A stretch of DNA of 63,751 nt, the filler included, from Octopus bimaculoides (Eukaryota): NCBI RefSeq assembly GCF_001194135.2. It is 6 parts of 6 records of this genome, joined end to end, with 100 filler letters (N's around TTAATTAATTAA, not from the genome) between each part and the next. Parts side by side here need not be neighbours in the genome. Positions count along the whole stretch, not along the records: positions 1 to 27,983 come from NC_068988.1; 5 more parts are not named here. The stretch is one strand, 5' to 3'. Made by a program: the position numbers and the translations under genes. Positions within the stretch are counted from its first letter, which is position 1; each line of letters starts with the position of its first letter. Positions 14,410-25,799 of this stretch are shown in pieces. The notes below the pieces were generated by a model. It was not told where the DNA came from. It saw nothing but the letters and a program-made list of their open reading frames with translations, and made no database searches.

Positions 14410-15518
14410 GGGGGAGGGGATGACATATTGGCTTCAAATTTTGGCACAAGACCCGAAATTTCGGGGAAAGTGTGAAGTCAGTTATATCGCTCCCAGTGCT
14501 CAGCTAGTAATTATTCCTAAATGCCGCTAATCTCTTTGTATAGTTTACTAATGATTCTGTCAGCCGCCGTCTTATGTACGTGTCATATCAAAATCATGGC
14601 AATATTTCGCTTTAATTTCTTACTAGTTTTTCGCTTCGTATTTCCGAATAAAACACTTGCAATTCATTATGAAGGATGAAGTGTTCTTAAGCGCAAATAT
14701 CATATTGATGATCAGACTTCCATGGTTACTATATTATCAAAGCGAAATGAGGATACAAAGTGCTTTTCATTTTCGAACAGCCCTTTTTGCTTTCGTATAT
14801 AATAAGGCAATTTTTCATTATGCAGAGAGTAAAACTTTTATGTACAGTCGCGTTGCACATTAGCAAGTTTACCTTTAGAGTTTACGCTGTTATCCAGATA
14901 CTTAACCTCTTTGAAAACCTGTATGTTATGTTCGTATTCACTCGGTGTTGTGACATTAAAATCGTTGCCATAAACGGATGCTAACCATATATTGAAAAAA
15001 ATATTACAATCAATAATGAGTCGGAGAAAAATGCGATATAAATCTGAGAAACCATAGAACAATTTCCAAATATACAATGCAATTCATGAGAAAGTTATTA
15101 ATCTCATGGTTCTAGCATACATGTGCACCACACACCAGTAGTTACATTTGCAATAAGAAATAATTGTAACACAATGTTTACCGACTGTCAAGCAATACAC
15201 GCAATATAACTGAAACGTATTATAGAACAAATGAATAAACGACATTATATCTGTATAATACGGAATTCGCAGCAAAGATATATGAATACCTATAAATAAA
15301 AGCGAAGTAATACAGAAAACAGCAACGGTACGTAACCATTCATTTAACTAAAATAATCACAAAACATCGTTAACAACGAATATAGGAACATGGTGCTTAA
15401 GAATACTGAATACAAAAACATGCTTCAGCCTAGAAAAGGACTAACGTCGAATTGATACATAGAATAGCTGAAATAAAACATGACTTAAACTAATGATAAG
15501 CAAAAAACACGTACAAAG

Positions 15519-15553
<35 letters not shown>

Positions 15554-16096
15554 NNNNNNNNNNNNNNNNNNNNNNNNNNNNNNNNNNNNNNNNNNNNNNN
15601 NNNNNNNNNNNNNNNNNNNNNNNNNNNNNNNNNNNNNNNNNNNNNNNNNNNNNNNNNNNNNNNNNNNNNNNNNNNNNNNNNNNNNNNNNNNNNNNNNNNN
15701 NNNNNNNNNNNNNNNNNNNNNNNNNNNNNNNNNNNNNNNNNNNNNNNNNNNNNNNNNNNNNNNNNNNNNNNNNNNNNNNNNNNNNNNNNNNNNNNNNNNN
15801 NNNNNNNNNNNNNNNNNNNNNNNNNNNNNNNNNNNNNNNNNNNNNNNNNNNNNNNNNNNNNNNNNNNNNNNNNNNNNNNNNNNNNNNNNNNNNNNNNNNN
15901 NNNNNNNNNNNNNNNNNNNNNNNNNNNNNNNNNNNNNNNNNNNNNNNNNNNNNNNNNNNNNNNNNNNNNNNNNNNNNNNNNNNNNNNNNNNNNNNNNNNN
16001 NNNNNNNNNNNNNNNNNNNNNNNNNNNNNNNNNNNNNNNNNNNNNNNNNNNNNNNNNNNNNNNNNNNNNNNNNNNNNNNNNNNNNNNNNNNNNTTA

Positions 16097-16437
16097 TCGG
16101 GCAGTTACTGTTAATACTTCATTTAGAGAATTAACATTGCTTGTTTTCACCTTTTCGATATCAGTGAAGAATTTCACTGGAAAAGAAGATATAAGATTGC
16201 CAGGTTTTTGTCTCTCTCACCAAGGTCAGCAGCTGTCGCACGCCGACGAAGGGAAATAACCCTGAAATCCGGATACGTTCGTGCTGCAGATCGAGGTGAG
16301 AGGGATAACTTCCCTTGGCAAACAGGACACAGTCGTGTGTCGATAAGCCAGCTGGAGGAGATGTCCTCCTGGGGCTAAAAGCAACAGTAACATCCACCCC
16401 TAGGGGTCAGCCACACTTAAGTGGCAATATACTACAC
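16097..16437 (+). mobile_element. Dispersed diverged monomer of the 24.2-24.9 kb hammerhead unit
   Basis: Reverse-complement match, e.g. gcagttactgtt...atcagtga...cactggaaaa...agccagctggaggaga..tcctggggctaaaagcaacagtaacat...ttaagtggcaa. Confidence 0.8.
16237..16281 (+). ncRNA. Minimal type I hammerhead motif, same family as 24.4/24.8 kb (U4-to-C variant)
   Basis: CGCACG-CCGACGA-AGGGAAAUAACCCU-GAAA-UCCGGA-UA/CGUUCG. Stem II is AGGG:CCCU. Stem III is the palindrome UCCGGA. Stem I pairs at 5 of 6 positions. Confidence 0.6.
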
Positions 16438-16497
16438 TTTATCACTTAGAGGTCATTTGACCATTAAATTATTAAGCTTATCTGTGCGTATAATTTA

Positions 16498-16881
16498 TGT
16501 GGCTCCAGAGAGAAACAAAATTGCGAATTCTCCAAAATTTGTAAAACTAAAAACGTAATCTACCAATGCGACGTACTCACAGATAATTACAAGAATTCTT
16601 ACATAGGAGTTACTAAAAACGAAATGATACTTAGATATAATTTCCACCGATCTAGTTTCAGAAATAGAAGTAAAGCGAATTGTACCCGACTTAGTAGTTA
16701 CATTTGGGAAATGAAAGGCAAAAATATCAACTATAGCTTACAATGGCGGATCCTAGCCCAAACGTTCTCATATAACATTAACAACAATCACTGTCAGCCC
16801 TGTATAAACGAGAAATTCTTTATTTTAATGGCCAAATAACCTCTACTTAATAAAAGACACGAGAAAAATAAATTTCGTTAG
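16498..16881 (+). pseudogene. Penelope-like element GIY-YIG endonuclease C-terminal remnant
   Basis: Translates CGSREKQNCEFSKICKTKNVIYQCDVLTDNYKNSYIGVTKNEMILRYNFHRSSFRNRSKANCTRLSSYIWEMKGKNINYSLQWRILAQ...HCQPCINEKFFIL. It has VIY/YIG motifs, RYxxH and a C-terminal CxxC, with an in-frame stop at 16837-16839. Confidence 0.85.
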
Positions 16882-18049
16882 CATAAATGCCGATCGGTTT
16901 TCTCAAAATATCGCTAAATCCTGTTTATCCTTTAAATATCGCTAACCATTTTTTACAGTTTAATAGTGAACCTACTTAACCTTCACACGTATCAATTAAC
17001 ACTACTCAACTTCACTCCACTTTATAAACTAATTACTGAACTTTATACTTATTTTACATACTATGCATGGACACTATTTTCCTGTCATCTAATTTCAATT
17101 GGTAGCTAGACTACCGACCCGTTTTACATGCTATAATTTCACTATCGATCTTATTGATTTTCTATGCACTATTCAACTCTTTCTAGCCCGTTATACACAC
17201 AATACTGTACACATTCTAAGTGCTAACTTAAGCCTTATACTACGGTTTCCATTGAAAAACCATGAACTAACTTACAAGCTATAAATTAGTGTCACATAGG
17301 TCCAAATACTTACACCGGATATCCCCAATAGCGATACCTCCCTCGGATTACACCGGCGGTCAACTAGCCATTAGAGTCCGATGTTAGGTCCTACGGACAC
17401 GTGGAATTATGAAACTAACTAATTATAAGACCATGGATTTAACTAACTCTCTTCTCTTCTACCCTCCAGATAATATATTGAATTATGGACCCCACTAAAA
17501 TGCAAGACTATATATATCTTTGCCATGTAATCATTCTGATGATGCCTATCAATTGCAACGAGGTAAATGCAAATTTACCCAAGCTTGATATACTCTCATC
17601 TTAATTAAATAATGACTTTATAAAATCAATGATTCACTTTTCACTGTCATTTATTGATCCATTTCTGATCGTCTTTATATATATATATATATATATNNNN
17701 NNNNNNNNNNNNNNNNNNNNNNNNNNNNNNNNNNNNNNNNNNNNNNNNNNNNNNNNNNNNNNNNNNNNNNNNNNNNNNNNNNNNNNNNNNNNNNNNNNNN
17801 NNATTAAAGAGGTAAATTCAAAAACAAAGTGCAGTTTAATCAACAAATTCCGAGACACAAAACTTTGAACATGCTTCTAAGAATACACACAGAATAATAA
17901 ACGTTAATACAGATCAATAGGTCTCTCTCTCTCCCTCTCTCTCCCTCTCCCTCTCTCTCTCTCCCTCTCTCTCCCCCTCTCTCTCTCTCTCCCTCTCTCT
18001 CTCCCTTTCTCTCTCTGTATATATATATATATATATATATATACCACAT

Positions 18050-18390
18050 ATAAATGTATAGATATAGATTAAAAGAATGTAAAAATATTTGAGGTGTAAA
18101 TAAGGTAAAACTGTTCGAGGTCTAAATAAAGTAAAACAATAGGATTATGTAAAACAACAGTAGGAAATCGTTTAAGTCATCAAGTGGTAAAGACATGTTT
18201 TTAGACAGTTGAAAGAGCAAATAACTACATTACAATACAAGATTAAACGTAAAGGAAATGTTCCGTTATTAGTGGAAATCCGTTCGACGGCCGTTTCTGA
18301 AGTACATCTTGGCAAGGAAGTTCGAAAATTTAACTTATCCTAGTAAATAATGTCTCCTTCATCAGGATGACATCCTCCATGACAAATTAC
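18050..18390 (-). mobile_element. Hammerhead-bearing ~330-bp repeat (pLTR-like), copy A
   Basis: Reverse-complement homolog of 20700-21040. It ends in short ttacacctcgaa-type repeats followed by (TA)n. Confidence 0.75.
18273..18378 (-). ncRNA. Type I hammerhead ribozyme with long stem II, intact core
   Basis: Minus strand reads GGAGGAUGUCAUC-CUGAUGA-A-GGAGACAU...AUGUACUUC-A-GAAAC-GGCC-GUC/GAACGGAUUUCC. The core is intact and stem III is palindromic (ACGGCCGU). Stem I is imperfect. C17 is at 18286. Confidence 0.65.
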
Positions 18391-18529
18391 ATCATGAAAT
18401 AATATATAAGAATGTAATTGAGGTCTATATACGTTTTGTAGCTACTATGTAAATGCATTTCTCAGTTGCTGCCCATATACTTCAAGAGAAAGATTTGACA
18501 TTATATAATTGGCTCTTAGGAGCACTTCT

Positions 18530-18710
18530 GTACAAAATGAATAAGCAATTTGTTCGTATTCCAACTAACAAGAACATCCACTTTCCTCAAAGGGTAGATA
18601 CATGTAATCTCTTTCGTGCAAAGGAACTGAATTTATTAACAGACTAAGATGGAAAGCATTCTTTTTTGATAAAAATAGAAAGGAAAATAAATAAAAGTGT
18701 GCATAATGTT
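18530..18710 (+). pseudogene. Penelope-like ORF N-terminal remnant
   Basis: IPTNKNIHFP... then, after a frameshift, FINRLRWKAFFFD. This resembles the FIxRxRWKAxFF motif near the start of PLE ORFs. Confidence 0.5.
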
Positions 18711-19129
18711 CACGGGAGCCGTATTAAACTGCATAACTCTAAAATATGAAATAGCTTTACAGATACCATTCTTTCATGCAAACATAAAATACTCTCTACT
18801 TCTTTAAAATCTTATAAAAATAGACACCCGACAGTTGTTTGAAACCGCAACCATACGTTAGGAAATATGTTAAGAAGCGAGATCTATCTGGACTCTTAAA
18901 TCTACATTTGGACTACTCTAATATAAATTTCTCGTGATTCCATTTACATAGTAGCTACAAAACCTATATAAATCTCTATTAGGTTCTAATAGATTATTTT
19001 ATGATGTAATTCGTTACGGAGTCTCCTTTTTTTAGATTGTTTAGCCACTTGTATTGTAAGCTTAATTTTTTTTTGTTAATTTATTCTCAAACGACACCTT
19101 GCTTTGCCACGTACGCGGCCTTGTTAACG

Positions 19130-20250
19130 CCTTTATCGTTTGTTTGAAGGGGGAAGAACGGTATTTGAAATGTTAGCAGAAAATATTCGCTCATCAGGCT
19201 TGTCGTCGTCTGAGGAGGAGCTAGAGAAATATTTAAAGAAAACAGATGAAGTGGGAGAGGTGAAGAAATTTGCAGAGGCAGTGAAGGAGAAGAGGGAAGA
19301 CATATCCCTAAGAGATTTAAGCAGATTCAAAGAAATGCTTTAAAAAGAGGGGAATTATGTAAGGGTGTCTCCTCCCAGAGAGACCATGGAAGTCACAAGA
19401 AGTCACAAGAAGAACTATGCTGTACAGAAGTACAGTGTGAAAAACTATCGAAGAGAGGTCGCAACAAAAGCAGCAGTTGAATAGGATTTGAGGGTCTTAT
19501 GGCAGGAAATAAATTAACTTACTAGAGGAAGAAAATTTGCAACGGTGGTGATACAGTTTGAGTCAGAGTCTGTAGCCATGACTCCCCTCGAGACGGAAAT
19601 GATTCTTCTGCCCAGATAGCTGGGAAGACTTGCTTCCAGGGTAAGGATAGAAGAGATCCCCCTCAGGTGGATGTTGTCTGGCTGGTAGCCGCCATCCTGT
19701 TGGGACTGGATGACAAAATTGTGGTTCTCCAGCCCAAGAAAGTAACTACGAGGAATGTGCAAGGGCAAGGCCTGGAAATGGTAATCCAGTTTGCCCCAGA
19801 GTTTAGGAGAGGATGGTGGGAACTATCACAGTCTGTGAAGATGTAAAGTTGAGAGTTCAGTTGGAAGCTAGGTCGCCTCGATACTTTAAACGTGGCACAA
19901 AGGGTTCACATAAAAGCAGAAGCATTCCACCCAGCGCAAAAATAAACAATGAAAGAAAGCGCACCTCCACCTCTTGCGACATCGTGTGAGCACGAGAAAG
20001 AGATTGAGATGGAGGGAGTGAACCAGGTGTCTGAAAAGAAACAAGGATGGACATCTGCATCAAAAAACGGTTAAGAAGAAAAAAAAGAACGGAGGAAAAA
20101 ATGTGAACGCTTACCCAACTCCCAACCGGCTCCTACCCAATCCCAGCCTTTTCCACTCTCTCCCTGTAGTCACCAACGCCTACCCAGCCCTGCTGATGCA
20201 GACACTTCTACAGACATCCAGATGCCTGAAATTCCACCATCCATTCCCCC
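19130..20250 (+). pseudogene. Decayed non-LTR retrotransposon ORF1 (gag-like, probably L1/Tx1 type)
   Basis: Purine-rich coiled-coil-like frame (EEELEKYLKKTDEVGEVKKFAE). A degenerate zinc knuckle lies at about 19875-19925 (RSPRYFKRGTKG-H, from CxxCxxxGH). A Pro-rich tail follows. Many stops and frameshifts. Confidence 0.45.
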
Positions 20251-20699
20251 AAAAGGAAAAAAAAAGAAAAGAAAATGTATGCTATTTTATATGCCAATTG
20301 ATTAAGAACAGTAATAGACACTTATGTATCGGTGGACATTACAAAGTGTAGGGATTGGCCAGAGCACGTCGTGTGCGAAGTGGTGAGCAACGAAAAAAGG
20401 ATTAAACTAAAGAAAAAAATATGGAGATAAAATAGTGGACCTAGAAAGGGAAATTGAAGTAAGTTGCTGCCGTGATTGACATTTCATCACCTTGAATGTA
20501 ACTTTTAACATTTTTTTTTAAAATCAAGCGTGTCAACAGTGTTAAGTGAGGTCGCTCGGGTGTTGGATCGAGTGGCTTTCATTCTATTATCATTATTCAA
20601 TTCCATCTTTTAATTCTTTTTTCTGTTCTTTCCCACTTGTAAGTTTGTCTTTCCTTGTATTGTTCTCTCTGCGTTTATCTCACAGTGGGCAATAAAGAA

Positions 20700-21040
20700 A
20701 GAATGCTTTGTTATGGAGGATGTCTCCCTGATGAAGGGGACATCATTTGCTAGCATAAATGAAATTTTGAACTTTCTTGCTTTACTAAATTGTACTCCAG
20801 GAACAACCGTCGAATGGACTTCCTCTAATAATGGGACTTTTCCTTAATGTTTAATCGTTTATTGTCATGTAAGTTATTTGCTCTTCGAAATGTCTAAAAA
20901 TATTTTTTGCAACCTGATTACTTAGACGCTTTCCTACATAATCCTTATATGTTTTACTTTATTTACACCTCGAACAATGTTACCATTTTTACACCTCGAA
21001 TGTTTCTTACATTTTTTAATCTATATTTTTTATCTATGTA
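20700..21040 (+). mobile_element. Hammerhead-bearing ~330-bp repeat (pLTR-like), copy B
   Basis: Aligns with the reverse complement of 18050-18390. It lies upstream of, and in the same orientation as, the PLE ORF at 21250. Confidence 0.75.
20716..20825 (+). ncRNA. Long-stem-II hammerhead motif, degenerate paralog of 18273-18378
   Basis: GAGGAUGUCUCC-CUGAUGA-A-GGGGACAU...UUGUACUCC-A-GGAAC-AACC-GUC/GAAUGGACUUCCUC. GAAA is mutated to GGAA. The outer stem I GAGGA..GUC pairs with GAC..UCCUC. Confidence 0.55.
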
Positions 21041-21109
21041 TGTATATGTGATACTCATATATATATATATATATATATANNNNNNNNNNGACAGATAGAT
21101 AAATAAATG

Positions 21110-21166
<57 letters not shown>

Positions 21167-21249
21167 AGATCTATTGATCTGCATTAAATTGTATTATTGC
21201 ATGTGTATTTCTAAAATACACATCTACTGAAATAACTAAATGCCCAACT

Positions 21250-22745
21250 AGATAAAACTATAAACATCGAAAAGACCACAAACACACACAACTAACTTCT
21301 CACTTCGTAGTAAACCGTTCTCAGTCTAGTTATAGAGACAACTCACCAATACGAAATACCAAAAATAACCAACCTAGGTTTAGACGTAAATATTTCTACC
21401 CAGTAACTAGAAACGTTGAAGAATCTCAAGCTACGGAATTTCAACATTCTTACCCAGAGAGCAAAACCAACTCTTCAGCATCTCAAACATAATTAAGCAT
21501 CCTAACAATTTCTTCCAACGAAACCCTTGCTCCAATACATCAATCGTTTCATTAGAGACGATTTAGACAAGCTAGAAAACCTACCAAAAACAACTAATGA
21601 AGCGGCATTGTCGGTTTCCTTCGATGTTATAAATCTTTGTACCAACATCCCACCTGATTACGGAATAGAAGCAATAAACCTCTGGTTGGAAATGTACTCC
21701 TAAGTACTTCTGAAACGCATAAACCTTGTCTTTATTATTGATTCTTTAAAATTGATACTACAGAACATTTATTTCCTATTGGATGATACCTATTATCGTC
21801 AAAAATGCGGAATTGCGATAAGAACAAAAGCAGTCCCTGTTCTTGCGAACCTAGTAATTTTGAATTCACCGTATATAAAGTGTCACTGCAAAAATGTGGC
21901 TATCCATTTCCATTGAATCATTATATAAGAGAGCACTGGAAAAGATACCTGGATGAATGTTTTATCATTCGGAAGGAGGCCGCTGATAAACGTTTGGAAT
22001 TCAAATCAATACCAAATAAAATAAAAACTGTAACATTTAATTCACAGTGGAATATAGCAAACAATAGCTACCTTTCTTGGATATTATGATTAAAAAATTA
22101 AAAAAACAAATATTACTGACATTTATCATAAATCAACAGACTCGAAGCAACATCTCCTGTATAGCTCATGCCACCCGAAACACATCGGAAGAAATATCCC
22201 CTTTAATTTAGCAAAAAGGATTTACACAATAGTATCTGGTAGAAATACTCGGGACGTTCGTCTTCAAAACCTCACAACAACACTAACTGGAAGGTAATAT
22301 CTACCCTCACTTATACACGTTGGAATTAAGCGTGCTAAGAAATTAGACATTAAAACACTAAGGGTAACAAAACGTTGACCTACACCTCGTCTCAAAACAC
22401 TACTGTATATATCAACTCACAACCCTAGAAACAATGAGGCATGCAACAGTATTGTGCAAAATTTACCTATGGTCACTAAGGATCCAAAAATGGACAGCAT
22501 TTTGGAAACACATAAATTCATCAAATGCAAAAAAAAAAAAACAGCACAGATCGCTAAAAGTATTCTAACAAATGCGAAGCTTTACACAACCACAAAACCA
22601 ACGGCTAAAAAATGTAGATGGCCAAAATGTGGAAAATGCCCCAACCTACTGGATGGTCTGGAATTCCTATTCAAACAAGTAGAGAGGTTCACAATTAAAA
22701 CCAACATCACTTGTGTTTCCGAGAATCTAATTTACGTTATGACTT
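21250..22745 (+). pseudogene. Penelope-like element RT, thumb, Zn-finger linker and start of GIY-YIG (decayed)
   Basis: Motifs SFDVINLCTNIP, YYRQKCGIAIRTKAVPVLANLV, WKRYLDECFII (YxDD changed to YLDE), TDIYHKSTDSKQHLLYSSCHP, CRWPKCGKC and NLIYV. Stops and frameshifts are present. Confidence 0.92.
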
Positions 22746-24407
22746 CTTTCTCATTCCATACGGTACAATTAGAGCTTGTGTTCTGGAACAATATCATGCT
22801 GCACTTTAATTCGATGGCAACATTCATTATTTGAAATCCTGCTGAATCAAATAATATACCCTTGTCAAGAGAGGTTGAGAAAATAATCATCAAATAATTA
22901 TTGTTTGACACATTATGCAAAGTCAGTAAATTGTTTTGGAAATGTATTTATTCAAAAATCCAAAATTTCCATGGAGATTATTGTTTTCGCAATTACTGCC
23001 TAAAGTGTATCTAGCAAAACTATAAAAAATTCTATCAGATCAAATTATTTTATTTGGAAATTAATTTATTCTTTCTTATATTAAAACGTAAGTCATTTAA
23101 GTTTTTTATCATTCATTATATTTGTGAATATCATTATTACAATCTAGTATGTATATATGATGACAATTTCAGTGGTGTTTATCCAAATTATTTTTATAAA
23201 CTGCTACTTCATTCAATAGAATCATGACAAATGAAACTTGAACTGTCAAGCACTCAATAAAACTTCATCACACATTTTAAGAAAGTTCTGCATGACAAAA
23301 TAACCTCTTTATTTCTTCTTTATTCGTTTTACTATTCGGAATCATTTTGAATTACAACAATATGGAACAAAAGTCTCATGGATTTAAACAGAAATTTAAC
23401 TTATTGTATCAAAAATATAAAAACCTCAGTTTGTTATGATGATAATGATGAATGTATTGCTAAGGATAAGTGCTACTGGTAATGTCTTACAGTGTATACA
23501 GCTATGTAAATAAGGAATTATCTGTGGAGAACACATCTAAATGGCAAACAATTGCATAAGAGAGATTCGTTTCGGAATATTCCAGTTAAGTCGTCATCCA
23601 CATCTTCATCGAGACATTTCTATTAAGGGTAATATAAGAGATCTGAGACGTTGAAAAGGGAACGTAGTTTAATTCAGCACTATTGACAGTTTATTATCAC
23701 GTGATACCGACGTCAAGTGTTAGATATTTGCTTCAATACTGGTGTTGCGAGCATAATGCTGATAATGTTTAAATTTGAATGCACGCATATCGTATCCGTT
23801 AGCATATAATCACAATAATGGTCAGTGATTGATTTTAGTTGTCGATTTTCAATAAAATAGGCATGTGCATGGAAAGATATTATCCAAATAGAACTTAAAA
23901 CAACGAACCAGTAAAGATTCCATATACCAAATATTGCGATAATATAAGAGCATATTTGACGACGGTTTCCTTCTACAACTAATATTGAATACGCACACAC
24001 ACACATATGTATGTATGTATGTATGTATGTGTATATAAATATAAATANNNNNNNNNNNNNNNNNNNNNNNNNNNNNNNNNNNNNNNNNNNNNNNNNNNNN
24101 NNNNNNNNNNNNNNNNNNNNNNNNNNNNNNNNNNNNNNNNNNNNNNNNNNNNNNNNNNNNNNNNNNNNNNNNNNNNNNNNNNNNNNNNNNNNNNNNNNNN
24201 NNNNNNNNNNNNNNNNNATATATATATATATATATATATATAACGCGAAGTATATTTGCCACTTAAATGCGACTAAACCCTAAGGGTGAATGTTACTGTT
24301 GCTTTTAGCCCCAGGAGAACATCTCCAGCTGGCTATTGACACACATATGTGCCCTATAGGTATTGGCAAATGGAAGTCTTCCTTCCCATCGTCGATCTGA
24401 CGTGCTA

Positions 24408-24452
24408 CGCACGGACTCGAGTTTCTGGGTATTTACCATTCGTCACCGTACG
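24408..24452 (-). ncRNA. Minimal type I hammerhead motif, C3-to-G variant (tandem unit copy 1)
   Basis: Minus strand reads CGUACG-GUGACGA-AUGGUAAAUACCCA-GAAA-CUCGAG-UC/CGUGCG. Stems I and III match copy 2. C17 is at 24414. Confidence 0.7.
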
Positions 24453-24764
24453 ACAACCACCGATCTTCGATGCGAAGGGGTTCCATTGCAAATACATATA
24501 TACTTTTTTCCAGTGACGAAAATTCACTGATCTCGAAAACTTTTGAACTAGCAATGTTATATCTCTGAACGAGGTATAAACAGTAACTGCATGCAAACGT
24601 GAAGTACATTTGCCACTTAAATGCGGCTAAAGCCTATGGGTGAATGTTATTGTTGCTTTTAGCCCCAGGAGAACGTCTCCTCCAGCTGGCTAATGACACA
24701 CATCTATACCCTGTCGGTATTTGCAAAGGGAAGTCATCCTTCTCATCGTCGATCTGATGTGATA

Positions 24765-24809
24765 CGCACGGACTCGAGTTTCTGAGAATTTACTCTTCGT
24801 CAGCGTACG
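24765..24809 (-). ncRNA. Minimal type I hammerhead ribozyme, intact core (tandem unit copy 2)
   Basis: Minus strand reads CGUACG-CUGACGA-AGAGUAAAUUCUCA-GAAA-CUCGAG-UC/CGUGCG. Stem I is CGUACG:CGUGCG (6 bp, one GU). Stem II is GAG:CUC. Stem III is the loopless palindrome CUCGAG. GUC cleavage triplet with C17 at 24771. Confidence 0.8.
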
Positions 24810-25091
24810 ACAATCACCGATCTTCGATGCGAAGGGGTCCCAATGCAATTACATATATACTTTTTCCAGTGACGAAAATTCACTGATCTCGAAAAAGTAT
24901 AAATATAATTGTAAATATATGTGCTTNNNNNNNNNNNNNNNNNNNNNNNNNNNNNNNNNNNNNNNNNNNNNNNNNNNNNNNNNNNNNNNNNNNNNNNNNN
25001 NNNNNNNNNNNNNNNNNNNNNNNNNNNNNNNNNNNNNNNNNNNNNNNNNNNNNNNNNNNNNNNNNNNNNNNNNNNNNNNNNNNNNNNNNNN

Positions 25092-25755
25092 CCCAAATGA
25101 AAGCTTTCCAATTTGTTCTTCTTTCTCACGGTAGGTTTCGTTGCCGGGGAACAAGTCCTTAATCCAAATTCCTCCAGACGACGAGACATGGTAAAGCGGA
25201 ACACTTCTGTACCATTATCTACTTTTATTTTCTTTGAAATTCCAGCCTCGAAAGGATTCTTCAATACGTACCGTTTCATGGCTCGATCATCATTAAGGTT
25301 TTGCATGGTTTACCAGTTGCCTTTTTTTATTCAAAACGTTTTATTTCTTCATAGAGCTTAATAACACATGAAACTACACTCTTTGATCTCCTCGCGTCTC
25401 GAGAAATAACCGAGAGCCATCCCTGAAACTTTCATCTTGACAATTTCTTTCCGGAATATGGGTGTAACTTGAACGTGGTGTGCTATGTTCAGCAGATAGC
25501 ACAATACTGAGACAGTAGTAATGTTGAGCCTGCAAATGTAAACAATGTTTAAAATTTCCAGAAATTTCTGAAGGAACGTAATCGTTCTCTTAGTTTTAAC
25601 ATGAAACGTTTGGATGAAGCTAGTGATTCTGGTGTTAACTTTTATTAAAACCATTGTACAAACTTGGATTTTTTACAGAATTTAGCTAATGGTTAACCGT
25701 ATTAAACGAAACCAATTACGAATTTGTACGTTCACTAGCTTTTCCGACCTTTAAA
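25092..25755 (-). mobile_element. Tc1-family transposon 5' part with decayed transposase N-terminus
   Basis: HHVQVTPIFRKEIVKMKVSGM..., then DDRAMKRYVLKNPF...TMSRRLEEFGLRTCSPATKP, typical of the Tc1 HTH region. Truncated by a gap. Confidence 0.75.
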
Positions 25756-25799
25756 AAAAAATAACCATTCTCTTTTTTGATTCGCTACTGTATATATAA

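Larger units (their letters stand above)
24243..24895 (-). mobile_element. Head-to-tail tandem of a ~355-nt hammerhead-bearing unit (non-LTR retrozyme / PLE pLTR-like)
   Basis: 24243-24540 aligns with 24598-24895. The offset is 354 nt at the left end and 357 nt after a 3-nt indel. Each unit has one hammerhead. No ORF. Flanked by gaps and microsatellites. Confidence 0.75.

Noticed and set aside
17370-17410. gtccgatgttaggtcctacggac as a PLE hammerhead
   Set aside because: Forms a simple hairpin. Both core motifs would need several changes.
22745-22850. Minus-strand exon candidate GFQIMNVAIELKC...
   Set aside because: The donor would lie inside the PLE remnant, and there is no recognisable homology.
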